Source: an uncultured archaeon (GTDB lineage: Archaea > Iainarchaeota > Iainarchaeia > Iainarchaeales > Iainarchaeaceae). From it: DNA of 32,000 nt. Shown here one piece after another: positions 15,045 through 23,506 of this stretch; the first letter of the stretch is position 1; every line of letters begins with the position of its first letter. The DNA is taken from the NCBI GenBank assembly GCA_964577555.1, contig CAZNZM010000004.1:85300-117299 (forward strand). Direction: 5' to 3'. The notes beneath the pieces are model-generated. The model did not search any database. It was not told the DNA's origin and was given only the letters and a program-made list of their open reading frames with translations. The position numbers and the translations under genes are program-made.

Positions 15045-15611
15045 ATGGGAATTTACGACGTGCCAGCATCAATACTGTTGGCAGAAATAGCAAAAGACCT
15101 CAAAACAAAAATAAAACAACCAGAATTTACAAAATACATAAAAACCGGAGCCCATAAGGAAAGAGCACCATACAACCCAGACTGGTTTTACACAAGAATG
15201 GCAAGTATACTATACAGAGTTTATAAAGACGGACAAACAGGAACAGGAGCACTCAGAACATATTATGGCGGAAGACGAAACAAAGGCGTCAAACCGGAAA
15301 AAAAAGTAAAAGCAGGAGGAAAAGCAATAAGGCTCGGTTTACAATTGCTTGAAAAGGAAGGACTAATAAAAAAAGGCAAAAAAGGAAGAACAATCACCAC
15401 AAAAGGAGAAAAATACCTCTTCCAAAAAGCAAAAGAAGCCAACAACATTTTTACTGAACAAATTAAAAAACAAGAAGAAGCAAAAATAGAAAAAGCAAAA
15501 AGAAGAGAAGAACTAAAGACAAAAAAACAAGAAACGACAACATTACAAAACAAAACAATCAAAGAGGAAAAAAATGACGAACGAAGAAGATCTGAAGCAA
15601 AAAAAGCTTGA
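15045..15611 (+). CDS. rps19e: 30S ribosomal protein S19e with K/E-rich C-terminal tail
   Basis: I prefer ATG 15045 (MGIYDVPASILLAEIAKDLK) inside track ORF 14958..15611. Shine-Dalgarno lies 8 nt upstream. S19e motifs DWFYTRMASILYRVY and GGRRNKG. Confidence 0.9.
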   Translation: MGIYDVPASILLAEIAKDLKTKIKQPEFTKYIKTGAHKERAPYNPDWFYTRMASILYRVYKDGQTGTGALRTYYGGRRNKGVKPEKKVKAGGKAIRLGLQLLEKEGLIKKGKKGRTITTKGEKYLFQKAKEANNIFTEQIKKQEEAKIEKAKRREELKTKKQETTTLQNKTIKEEKNDERRRSEAKKA

Positions 15612-15894
15612 GGAACTAAAAGAAGCTTATCAAAAACAACAGGAGGCACAACAAAAACAATTGGAAGCTGAAATACAAGCCAATTCCATTCTAAAAAAAA
15701 TAGTGGATGAAGCAGGCATTGAAAGACTCAACAATGTCAAGCTTGTGAACAAAGAGCTTTATTTCAGCACATTTCAAACAATAATGCAAATGGTGCAAAA
15801 CGGATACATAAGAAAAAAACTCAACGAAGCACAAATAAAAGAAATCCTAATGCGCCTAAAACCAGAAAAAGAAATCAAAATAAAAAGAAAGTGA
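15574..15894 (+). CDS. PDCD5/TFAR19-like DNA-binding protein
   Basis: 106 aa in the conserved position between S19e and L39e. ILKKIVDEAGIERLNNVKLVN matches the family core. GAGG lies upstream of the ATG. Confidence 0.8.
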   Translation: MTNEEDLKQKKLEELKEAYQKQQEAQQKQLEAEIQANSILKKIVDEAGIERLNNVKLVNKELYFSTFQTIMQMVQNGYIRKKLNEAQIKEILMRLKPEKEIKIKRK

Positions 15895-15898
15895 TAAC

Positions 15899-16186
15899 AT
15901 GGGAAGAAAAACACAAGAAGAAAAAGAATTTCTGATTTCACAAAGAAAAAAAACCGGGCCAGGTCTTACAAACGCACCAGTCTGGATAATGCAAAAAGCA
16001 GGCAAAAGAATATACAACAAAAAAGCAAGAAAACACTGGAGAGAAACACACTTTGGACAAGAATTCAAGAAAAAACTAAAAGAACAAGGAAAAATAAAAA
16101 ACACCAAAAAACCAAAAAGCGGCCACAAAAACAAAAGTGCAAAATTTAAACCAAAAAGATTCTACAACACGAGGGAATCAAAATGA
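15899..16186 (+). CDS. rpl39e: 50S ribosomal protein L39e with ~40-aa Lys-rich C-terminal extension
   Basis: NAPVWIMQKAGKRIYNKKARKHWRETHFG matches the L39e core. The ORF continues to a TGA overlapping the L31e ATG (ATGA). Confidence 0.8.
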   Translation: MGRKTQEEKEFLISQRKKTGPGLTNAPVWIMQKAGKRIYNKKARKHWRETHFGQEFKKKLKEQGKIKNTKKPKSGHKNKSAKFKPKRFYNTRESK

Positions 16187-16614
16187 AAGGAGAGCAAGCA
16201 AATTACAACATATCGCTAGCAAAAGCATTTCTATATCCCCCAAAAAAAAGAATAATAAAAGCAATAGGTGTTATAAAAAAATTTGCAAAAAAACACACAA
16301 GAGCAAAAACAATAAATATAGCAAACGAAGTCAATGAGTACCTGCATAAAAATTCGAAAAACTTGCCAAGAAAAGTCAATGCAATCCTATTCAAAGAAAA
16401 CGACAAAATAACAATATTCATGCAAAACGGAAAAGAACTAAAAACATACCTAAAAAAAAGAGAAGAAGAAAAGAAAAAAAAAGAAGAGAAAAAAGAAGAA
16501 CAAAAAAAAGAAAAAAACGAAAAAGAAGAAACAGATAAAATAAAACTTGAAGAAAAAAAGAAAAAAGAAGAAGCCGCGGAAGCCTCACAAATAAAAAGAA
16601 AAACAAACAAGTGA
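16183..16614 (+). CDS. rpl31e: 50S ribosomal protein L31e with K/E-rich C-terminal extension
   Basis: Core YNISLAKAF...KRIIKAIGVIKKFAKKH...ANEVNEYL. GAGGG Shine-Dalgarno 7 nt upstream. Confidence 0.85.
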   Translation: MKGEQANYNISLAKAFLYPPKKRIIKAIGVIKKFAKKHTRAKTINIANEVNEYLHKNSKNLPRKVNAILFKENDKITIFMQNGKELKTYLKKREEEKKKKEEKKEEQKKEKNEKEETDKIKLEEKKKKEEAAEASQIKRKTNK

Positions 16615-16619
16615 ACAGA

Positions 16620-17288
16620 ATGAACTTTGCAAAGGGTACCATAAAAAACAGCCCTTACACAGGCGTCTTTGCAACAGTAACAGACGACATAGCAATAGTG
16701 CCATTCTCAATTACAGAAAAAGAAGAGAAAACAATTGAAAAAACCCTGGAAGTGGAAGTTATCAAAGCAAGCATAGGGGAAACCTCCATGATAGGAATAC
16801 TGGCAAAAGGAATTGGAAAAAAAATTGTTGTTTCATCACTCGCAGAAAACAATGAAATAAAAGCACTAGAACACAAGGGAATAGAAATAATAAAAATAGA
16901 CGCAAATGGATTCACATCAACAGGAAACTTGCTCTGCATGAATCAAAAAGCAGGGATAGCAAGCCAACTATTAGGAAAAAAAAACATTGAAAAAATATCA
17001 AAATTCTTCAAAATAAAATTCAAAACACGAACAATTGCAGGATCAGAACTAGTTGGAGCAGCCACAACAGTAACAAATAAAGGTTTTATCTGCAATCCAA
17101 ATATTAAGCCAAAAGAATTCAAAGAACTTCAAAAAATATTCGGAACACAAGGAAAACCAACTACAGCCAATTTTGGCGACTTGTTTGTAGGAAACAGCGT
17201 AATAGCAAACAGCAAAGGGGCAATAGCAGGAGAAAACACGTCGGGAATAGAAATGCTCAAAATTGATGAAGGCTTAAGAGGAGATTAA
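16620..17288 (+). CDS. eif6: translation initiation factor 6 (aIF6)
   Basis: Repeated eIF6 pseudo-symmetric motifs (SPYTGVFATVTDDIAIVP, TSMIGILAKG, GFTSTGNLLCMN, LVGAATTVTNKG, LFVGNSVIANSKG). I prefer ATG 16620, with AAGTGA upstream. Confidence 0.9.
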   Translation: MNFAKGTIKNSPYTGVFATVTDDIAIVPFSITEKEEKTIEKTLEVEVIKASIGETSMIGILAKGIGKKIVVSSLAENNEIKALEHKGIEIIKIDANGFTSTGNLLCMNQKAGIASQLLGKKNIEKISKFFKIKFKTRTIAGSELVGAATTVTNKGFICNPNIKPKEFKELQKIFGTQGKPTTANFGDLFVGNSVIANSKGAIAGENTSGIEMLKIDEGLRGD

Positions 17289-17474
17289 ATGGAAGAAAAA
17301 ACATACTTAGTAAATTGCGAAATAAAAACAAAAGAAAAAATTACAAAATTAAAAACAAAAGTCAAATCAAAAAATGAAAAACTGGCAAAAGAAAAAGCAA
17401 TGGCAAATATAGGCTCAAGACACAAAATAAACCGACACAAAATCAAAATAACTTCAATAGAAGAGGCCAAGTGA
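17289..17474 (+). CDS. rplX: 50S ribosomal protein LX (L18Ae/L20A family)
   Basis: 61 aa. NEKLAKEKAMANIGSRHKINRHKIKI matches the LX core. GAGGAG Shine-Dalgarno upstream. Conserved position after aIF6. Confidence 0.8.
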   Translation: MEEKTYLVNCEIKTKEKITKLKTKVKSKNEKLAKEKAMANIGSRHKINRHKIKITSIEEAK

Positions 17475-17929
17475 AAAAAAACATGACGGAAGAAAAAACA
17501 ATAAGATTAACAGGAAACCAAATACTACAACTTCTGGCACAAGAACAAGAAAAACTTCGGCAAATAAACGCCACAATTGCTACATATCAAAACATGAAAA
17601 ATGAACTAATCAACGCCAAAGAAACCCTCAAAGAAATATCAAAAGCAAAAAAAGGAACAAAAATGCTAATCACGATAGGCGCGGGAATATTAGTCAACGC
17701 AACAATTGACGAAACAGAAAAAGCGATGTTACCAATGGTAGGAAACGTATTCAAAGAAAAAAAAATACCAGAGCTAATAAAAACACTTGAAACAAGAATA
17801 ATAGAAGTAGAAAATGCAATAGAAAAAAATGGAAACGAGCAAATAAGAACAATCGAAAGAGTAAACAAATTAGAAAACATACTAAACGCAGGAAGAAAAG
17901 CACTCCAACAACAAAAAATAAACCAATAA
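17471..17929 (+). CDS. pfdA: prefoldin alpha subunit
   Basis: Coiled coil / beta hairpin (MLITIGAGILVNATI) / coiled coil architecture, in the conserved cluster position. The start may be ATG 17483 rather than GTG 17471. Confidence 0.8.
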   Translation: MKKNMTEEKTIRLTGNQILQLLAQEQEKLRQINATIATYQNMKNELINAKETLKEISKAKKGTKMLITIGAGILVNATIDETEKAMLPMVGNVFKEKKIPELIKTLETRIIEVENAIEKNGNEQIRTIERVNKLENILNAGRKALQQQKINQ

Positions 17930-17955
17930 AATACTAACTACAAATAAATCATCTA

Positions 17956-19260
17956 ATGTTCGACTTCCTAAAGAAAAAAATAACAAATTTTACAGACAAA
18001 CTCAAAGAAGTACTACAAACAAAAAAAGAAGAAACAACAGAACAAAAAAAACAAATTGAACCTGAAAAAGAACAAAAAGAACCAGAACAAACAATTAAAA
18101 TAGAAAAAAACGAAAAAGAAACACAAGAAACAGAACAAAAACAAACTGAAAAAAAAGAAACAACACAACAAATTCAAAAAACGTTGAAAGAACCAGAAAA
18201 ATTTGAAAACTTAAAAGAAAAAACACAAACAAACATAGAACAAAAACATGAAACAAAACAAGAATCAAAAACACAACCAATAGAAAAAAAAACATTCACA
18301 GAAATCATAAAAGGAATTTTCACGCAAAAACAGCCAACTGAAAAAAAAACAACACAAATAATTGAAGATAAAAGAGAACTCAAAGCAAAAACAGGAATAC
18401 TGCAGAAAGTCACAAGCGCAGTAACTGGCAAAATAAAAATAAACGAAAAAGACACACAAAACTTTTTTGACGAACTAGAACTAAGCCTCTTAGAAGCAGA
18501 TGTAGAACAAGAAACAGCAACAGCAATAGTAAAACAACTCAAAAACCAATTAATCGGAAAAGAAATTTCCGCAAAAGAAGACCTAACCAGCTACCTTAAC
18601 AATGAAATAAGAAAAGCGCTTTCAAAAGTAATGGAAACAGAAAAAATAAACATATCACAAATTGAAAAAAAACCATTAAAAATATTATTCGTTGGCCCAA
18701 ATGGTGCAGGAAAAACAACAACAATAGCAAAAATAGCAAACTACTTCCTGAAAACAAACAAAAGCGTTATAATGGCTGCGGGTGACACTTTCAGGGCCGC
18801 ATCAATAGAACAACTAGAAACACACGCAAACAAACTTGGGGTAAAAATAGTAAAACAAAACTATGGTTCAGACCCAGCAGCAGTAGCATTCGACGCAGTA
18901 AAAGCAGCCGAAGCAAAAAACATAGATGTAGTACTTATAGACACTGCAGGAAGACAAGAAACAAACAAAAACCTAATTGAAGAACTAAAAAAAATAGACA
19001 GAGTAATAAAACCAGACATAAAACTTTACGTAGGAGAAGCATATACAGGACAGGCATTACTAGAACAAGCAAGCGAATTCAACAAAGCAATAGGTATAGA
19101 TGGATTCATACTTACAAAAATAGACGCAGACGCAAAAGGTGGAACAGCAATTTCACTACTTTACACACTCAAAAAACCAATAGTTTTCATAGGAACCGGA
19201 CAAAACTATGACGATTTAATAGAATTCAAACCAGAATTCATAATAGACAGAATAATATAA
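17956..19260 (+). CDS. ftsY: signal recognition particle receptor FtsY with long K/E/T/Q-rich N-terminal domain
   Basis: SRP GTPase motifs GPNGAGKTTT, DTAGR and TKIDADAKGG. Starts MFDFLKKKITNF. Confidence 0.92.
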   Translation: MFDFLKKKITNFTDKLKEVLQTKKEETTEQKKQIEPEKEQKEPEQTIKIEKNEKETQETEQKQTEKKETTQQIQKTLKEPEKFENLKEKTQTNIEQKHETKQESKTQPIEKKTFTEIIKGIFTQKQPTEKKTTQIIEDKRELKAKTGILQKVTSAVTGKIKINEKDTQNFFDELELSLLEADVEQETATAIVKQLKNQLIGKEISAKEDLTSYLNNEIRKALSKVMETEKINISQIEKKPLKILFVGPNGAGKTTTIAKIANYFLKTNKSVIMAAGDTFRAASIEQLETHANKLGVKIVKQNYGSDPAAVAFDAVKAAEAKNIDVVLIDTAGRQETNKNLIEELKKIDRVIKPDIKLYVGEAYTGQALLEQASEFNKAIGIDGFILTKIDADAKGGTAISLLYTLKKPIVFIGTGQNYDDLIEFKPEFIIDRII

Positions 19261-19391
19261 AATATAAAAAAACTAAAAGCAAAAAAATTAAAAACTGTTA
19301 AAAACAAAAATGCAACATGCAACTAAAAAAAACACTTAAAAGTATAATTTTATAAACATTTATTGGTGTTCAATCATTAGCGGGATTCAAC

Positions 19392-19676
19392 ATGAAAGTA
19401 TCGGAACTTAAACCAAAATCAGCAGTGCCAGAAATAACATTAGAAATTGTTTCCAAAGGAGAACCAAGAAAATGGTTAAATGAAAGAGGGGCAGGAACAG
19501 TATGCAACTGCGCAGCAAAAGACGATACAGGGGAAATATCCTTAAGTTTATGGAACGAACAATGCGACACAGTAAATGAAGGTGATAAAATTATAATAAA
19601 AGACGGATGGTGCAACGAATACAAAGGGCAATTACAAATATCAACTGGAAAAAAAGGAAAAATTGAAAAAATTTGA
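19392..19676 (+). CDS. small OB-fold single-stranded nucleic-acid-binding protein
   Basis: 94 aa. GTVCNCAAKDDTGEISLSLWNEQ...GDKIIIKDGWCNEYKGQLQIS is a typical SSB/RPA-type OB fold. Confidence 0.7.
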   Translation: MKVSELKPKSAVPEITLEIVSKGEPRKWLNERGAGTVCNCAAKDDTGEISLSLWNEQCDTVNEGDKIIIKDGWCNEYKGQLQISTGKKGKIEKI

Positions 19677-19860
19677 AACATAAAAAAAACAAAAAAAACT
19701 GAAACAAAACTTGGCTTAAATCAATACAAAAGAAAAAACATTTTTCAATTAAAATAAAAAATTATCCAAATAATAAGCAGGTTAAAACAACAAAAAAAAT
19801 CCAAAAACCAAACAAAAAATAAAAAAAGAAAGTAAAAAAAAACTAATAAAAAGTTTTTTT
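19677..19860. repeat. A/C-rich intergenic island (small member)
   Basis: A-runs containing AAAACTTGGCTTAAATC. Followed by a compositionally normal, non-coding 260 bp. Confidence 0.5.
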
Positions 19861-20126
19861 AACAAAATAAGTTATAAAAAGCCAATAAATTGAAAAATAA
19901 AACATTTTAACGTTTAAAACGGTAAAAAAAAGGAATAATTAGGTTTTAATGTTTGAATCGTTTTTTTTGTTAGACTTTGAAAATCGATGCGTTTAAATAT
20001 TACCTCAACAGGATATTATAAAGGGTTGGATTCAACTATAGCTACTTTTTCAAATGGATTTAAGCATTTGATTAGACGGCTGGGTTGAATTTCATGATTT
20101 AATCATAAATAAGGAGGAAAATAAAG

Positions 20127-20438
20127 ATGGAGAGAAATAACAGAAGAAACAGGTTTGGACCAATACCAGTGAAAGAAGGAGAAGAACAAGAAGTAACAAT
20201 AGAAGGAATAGGAGAAAAAGGAGACGGCATAGCAAAAGTACAAGGCTATGTTATAATTGTTCCTAACACCCAAAAAGGAGAAAGAGTAAAAGTAAAAATC
20301 AAAGCAGTAAGAGGCAAAGTAAGCTTTGCAGAAGTAATAGAAAAACTTGGAACTGCGACACAAGAACAAAACCAAGAATCAAAAAACGAAGAAAATCAAA
20401 GCCTTGAAAATAACTCTGACGAAGAAAACCAAAACTAA
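20127..20438 (+). CDS. TRAM-domain RNA-binding protein with acidic/Asn-rich tail
   Basis: VTIEGIGEKGDGIAKVQGYVIIVPNTQKGERVKVKIKAVRGKVSFAEVI is a TRAM fold signature. Strong AAGGAGG Shine-Dalgarno at 20111-20117. Confidence 0.85.
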   Translation: MERNNRRNRFGPIPVKEGEEQEVTIEGIGEKGDGIAKVQGYVIIVPNTQKGERVKVKIKAVRGKVSFAEVIEKLGTATQEQNQESKNEENQSLENNSDEENQN

Positions 20439-20499
20439 AAAATAATATTTATGTATTAAATCAATTTTAATGCAAATACAAAAAAAAGGAGGGTTGGAA

Positions 20500-20706
20500 A
20501 TGGCAAGCTTAAGCGAACTAATAGGAATTGAACCAAGCGAAGAACTAAGAACAAAACTTCTAAAACAAGAATTCAAACTCAGGAAAAAACAACCTGAAGC
20601 ATGGACAAAAACAAAATACAGGCCATACGCAAACTTCAGGGCAAAGAAAAAAGAAGAAATTACAAACGAAAACAACACAAAAAAAATAGCAATAATTGAA
20701 GCATAA
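20500..20706 (+). CDS. hypothetical small basic protein (68 aa)
   Basis: I prefer ATG 20500 (MASLSELIGIEPSEEL...), with GGAGGG Shine-Dalgarno upstream, inside track ORF 20470..20706. No family recognised. Confidence 0.55.
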   Translation: MASLSELIGIEPSEELRTKLLKQEFKLRKKQPEAWTKTKYRPYANFRAKKKEEITNENNTKKIAIIEA

Positions 20707-20738
20707 ACAAAAAAATAATTTAATGCATACTAAATATT

Positions 20739-20759
20739 CTCGGCACTAAAAGTGCCGGG
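20739..20759 (+). terminator. GC-rich hairpin downstream of the small protein gene
   Basis: CTCGGCACT-AAA-AGTGCCGGG: 9-bp stem with one G-T pair. A T6 tract follows about 55 nt later, at 20814-20819. Confidence 0.35.
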
Positions 20760-20760
20760 C

Positions 20761-21290
20761 TTTACAAAAACAAAATAAAAAAACCCAACTATCAGTATCT
20801 TAAAACACAAAAATTTTTTGCTAGCCAAACTTGAAAAAAAAGGAAAAAACTAAAACCTGACACACAAAAACAAAAAAATAAAATTAACCAAACAAAAACG
20901 AATAACAAAAAATCACTAAAACTACAAAACAAAAAAAAAAGACACAAAATAAAGTTAAATTTCAAAAAAAAAATAATAAAAATAGCATAAAAAAAATTGG
21001 CATACAAAAAAAGGCTCGCCAAAAACAAACAACAAAAAAAACAAAATCCAATTAAAAAAAACAAAAAATAATGACAAAAAAAACTTGGCTAGCAATATCA
21101 AAAAAAACAGCACACAAAAACAAAAAAAACAACTTGACAAAAAAAACAATTAAAAATTAAAAACTGATTTTACAAAACAAAACAGCCACCAACAAAATTT
21201 CGAAAAACATCAAAAAAGCAAAGTAAACCAAAAGAATTATCTGCACTAACCCCTAAAAATGCCGAAAACAATGCAATTTGCTTATTAAAA
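20761..21290. repeat. A/C-rich intergenic island (~530 bp)
   Basis: Words include TTGCTAGCCAA (20818-20828), CCTGACACAC, TTGGCATAC, GGCTCGCC, TCCAATTAAAAAAAA, AATGACA, CTTGGCTAGCAATATC and CTTGACA. Modules shared with 7.9-kb, 14.6-kb and 25.7-kb islands. Confidence 0.8.
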
Positions 21291-21332
21291 ATACATTACA
21301 CATTTAATTTTAAAAGCAAAGAGTGATAAAAA

Positions 21333-22682
21333 ATGGGTTTAGGCGAAAGCCTCAGAAAAGCAGTCGAAAAAATAAGAAATTCAAGCACTCTGGACAGAGA
21401 AACAGTAAAAGAAGCAATCAAGGAACTACAAAGAGCATTAATCTCGGCAGACGTAGAAATAACATTAGTACTAAAACTAAGCAAAGAAATAGAAGAAGAA
21501 GCATTCAAAGACCTACCAGAAGGAATAAGCAGAAAAGAACACGTAATCAAAACAACACACGACAAACTTACAGAAATGCTAGGAGGCACGACAAAACCGC
21601 CACAACAACCAAAAAGAATACTCTTGTTAGGTTTATTCGGGCAAGGAAAAACCACGACAGCAGGAAAATTGGCAAAATGGTACTCAAAAAGAGGAAATAA
21701 AGTAGGGTTGATAGGAGCCGATGTTTTCAGACCTGCGGCAATAGAACAATTAAGAACAATCGCGGAAAAAGCAAAAGCGGAGTTTTATGGCGATGAAAAA
21801 GAAAAAAGCGCCGCAAAAATAGCAAAAACAGGAATTGAAAAACTAAAAAATTGCGACATAATAATATGCGACTCGGCAGGCAGAAGCGCACTAGACCAGG
21901 AACTAATAAAAGAAATAAAAGAAATAAACGAAGCATTCAAACCAGAACAAAAATGGCTTGTAATAAGCGCCGATGTAGGACAAATAGCCAAAAAACAAGC
22001 AAATGCATTCCATGAAGCAATCGGAATAAACGGCGTAATACTGACAAAAACAGACGGCTCTGCAAAAGGAGGAGGAGCACTCGCAGCATGCAAAGCAACA
22101 GGAGCCAACGTTTATTTCATAGGCACAGGAGAAAAAATAGATGACTTCCAAGAATTCGATTCAACAAGATACTTGAGCAGAATAATGGGCTATGGCGACC
22201 TGCAAGCACTACTTGAAAAAGCAAAAGAAATACAAGAAGACCAAGGAATAGAAGAACAAGAATTAATACTAAAAGACTTCAACCTGGCCAATTTCTACAA
22301 ACAACTCAAAACAGCAAGAAAAATGGGGCCAATAAACAAAATAATGGAAATGTTAGGGCTAAGCCAAAAAATGCCAAAAGAACTAATGGAACTAGGAGAA
22401 CAAAAACTAGACAAATACGGTTATATGATAGACTCAATGACAAAATACGAAAAAGAACACCCAGAACTAATTAACAAAAGCAGAATAGCAAGAATTGCAA
22501 AAGGAAGCGGAACAACACAAGAAGAAGTAAGAGAACTACTAAAAAACTTCAAAAAAATGAAAAAAATGTTCAAACAACTAAGCAACATAGACACTGAAAA
22601 AATTGAAAAAGGCGATGCCGAAGCACTGCAAAAAAAACTTTACAACACATTCAAAAAAAAGAAAAAATTCAAAATAAGGTGA
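21333..22682 (+). CDS. srp54: signal recognition particle protein SRP54
   Basis: GLFGQGKTTT, DSAGR and TKTDGSAKGG motifs. Methionine-rich M domain (KMGPINKIMEMLG). Confidence 0.95.
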   Translation: MGLGESLRKAVEKIRNSSTLDRETVKEAIKELQRALISADVEITLVLKLSKEIEEEAFKDLPEGISRKEHVIKTTHDKLTEMLGGTTKPPQQPKRILLLGLFGQGKTTTAGKLAKWYSKRGNKVGLIGADVFRPAAIEQLRTIAEKAKAEFYGDEKEKSAAKIAKTGIEKLKNCDIIICDSAGRSALDQELIKEIKEINEAFKPEQKWLVISADVGQIAKKQANAFHEAIGINGVILTKTDGSAKGGGALAACKATGANVYFIGTGEKIDDFQEFDSTRYLSRIMGYGDLQALLEKAKEIQEDQGIEEQELILKDFNLANFYKQLKTARKMGPINKIMEMLGLSQKMPKELMELGEQKLDKYGYMIDSMTKYEKEHPELINKSRIARIAKGSGTTQEEVRELLKNFKKMKKMFKQLSNIDTEKIEKGDAEALQKKLYNTFKKKKKFKIR

Positions 22683-22686
22683 AAAA

Positions 22687-23490
22687 TTGGAAGAAATCAT
22701 ATTCACAATAAGACAAATAGCAATCATAACTGCAACCGCAATAGGCTCATACACAGACTACAAAACAGGATACATATACAATTGGATAACATACCCCCTA
22801 ATCATAATAGGAATAATCCTAAACATATACGAACAACAATACACAGGATTGGCAATAGGAATAATAGTATATGCAATTGGGTGGCTAAGCTACATCACAG
22901 GAAAATTAGGAGGAGGAGACGTAAAAATATACACTGGCATAGCATTGACAATGCCATTTTACAATGGAACCCCGTTTATAATACCAACAATACTTTTCTC
23001 ATCACTAATAGGCCTTACAATCATATCATTATACTACATTATAAAATACGCCAAAAAAGGCATAGACTACAAATTAAACAAAGACGGAATAAAAAAAGCA
23101 ATCATATTAACAGCAATACTCGCACTATATTTCATAATTTTAATAAAAACAAAAATAATCAGCCAAACACTAATTTTTATAATAACAATTCCAATGATAT
23201 GCGGAACTCTCTACCTGGCATTCGAAAAAGGAATTAAAAAAGAATTCTTTCTGACAAAAATAAAAATAGAACAAGCTGAAGAAGACGAAATAATAGCAAT
23301 CGAATACATAGATAAAAAAACAAAAGAAAAAATAAAAAACATAAAACCACTAATGCAAAAAGATGAAATAGAAAAACTCAAAGAAAAAGGAATCAAAGAA
23401 ATACCAGTATATAGAAACCTTCCAAGATTCGGACCATTCATTTTCATAGGAACAATAACATCAATTCTTTACCCAAACCCATTCTTATAA
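22687..23490 (+). CDS. A24-family prepilin/preflagellin peptidase (FlaK/PibD-like)
   Basis: Polytopic membrane protein with catalytic-Asp contexts TDYKTGYI and KLGGGDVK. TTG start supported by AAGGTG 6 nt upstream. Confidence 0.8.
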   Translation: MEEIIFTIRQIAIITATAIGSYTDYKTGYIYNWITYPLIIIGIILNIYEQQYTGLAIGIIVYAIGWLSYITGKLGGGDVKIYTGIALTMPFYNGTPFIIPTILFSSLIGLTIISLYYIIKYAKKGIDYKLNKDGIKKAIILTAILALYFIILIKTKIISQTLIFIITIPMICGTLYLAFEKGIKKEFFLTKIKIEQAEEDEIIAIEYIDKKTKEKIKNIKPLMQKDEIEKLKEKGIKEIPVYRNLPRFGPFIFIGTITSILYPNPFL

Positions 23491-23506
23491 AACAGGAGAC
23501 ACAAAA

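Noticed and set aside
21323-21700. Alternative-frame or antisense ORFs inside well-supported genes (21323-21700, 22782-23237, 23731-23925, 26224-26604, 26708-27334, 10664-10948, 9315-9962, 24837-25331, 28340-28753 and others)
   Set aside because: Each lies wholly within a gene that has strong family motifs in another frame or strand. Their products are low-complexity (R/K/N-rich or S/F/L-rich), as expected from the biased composition.
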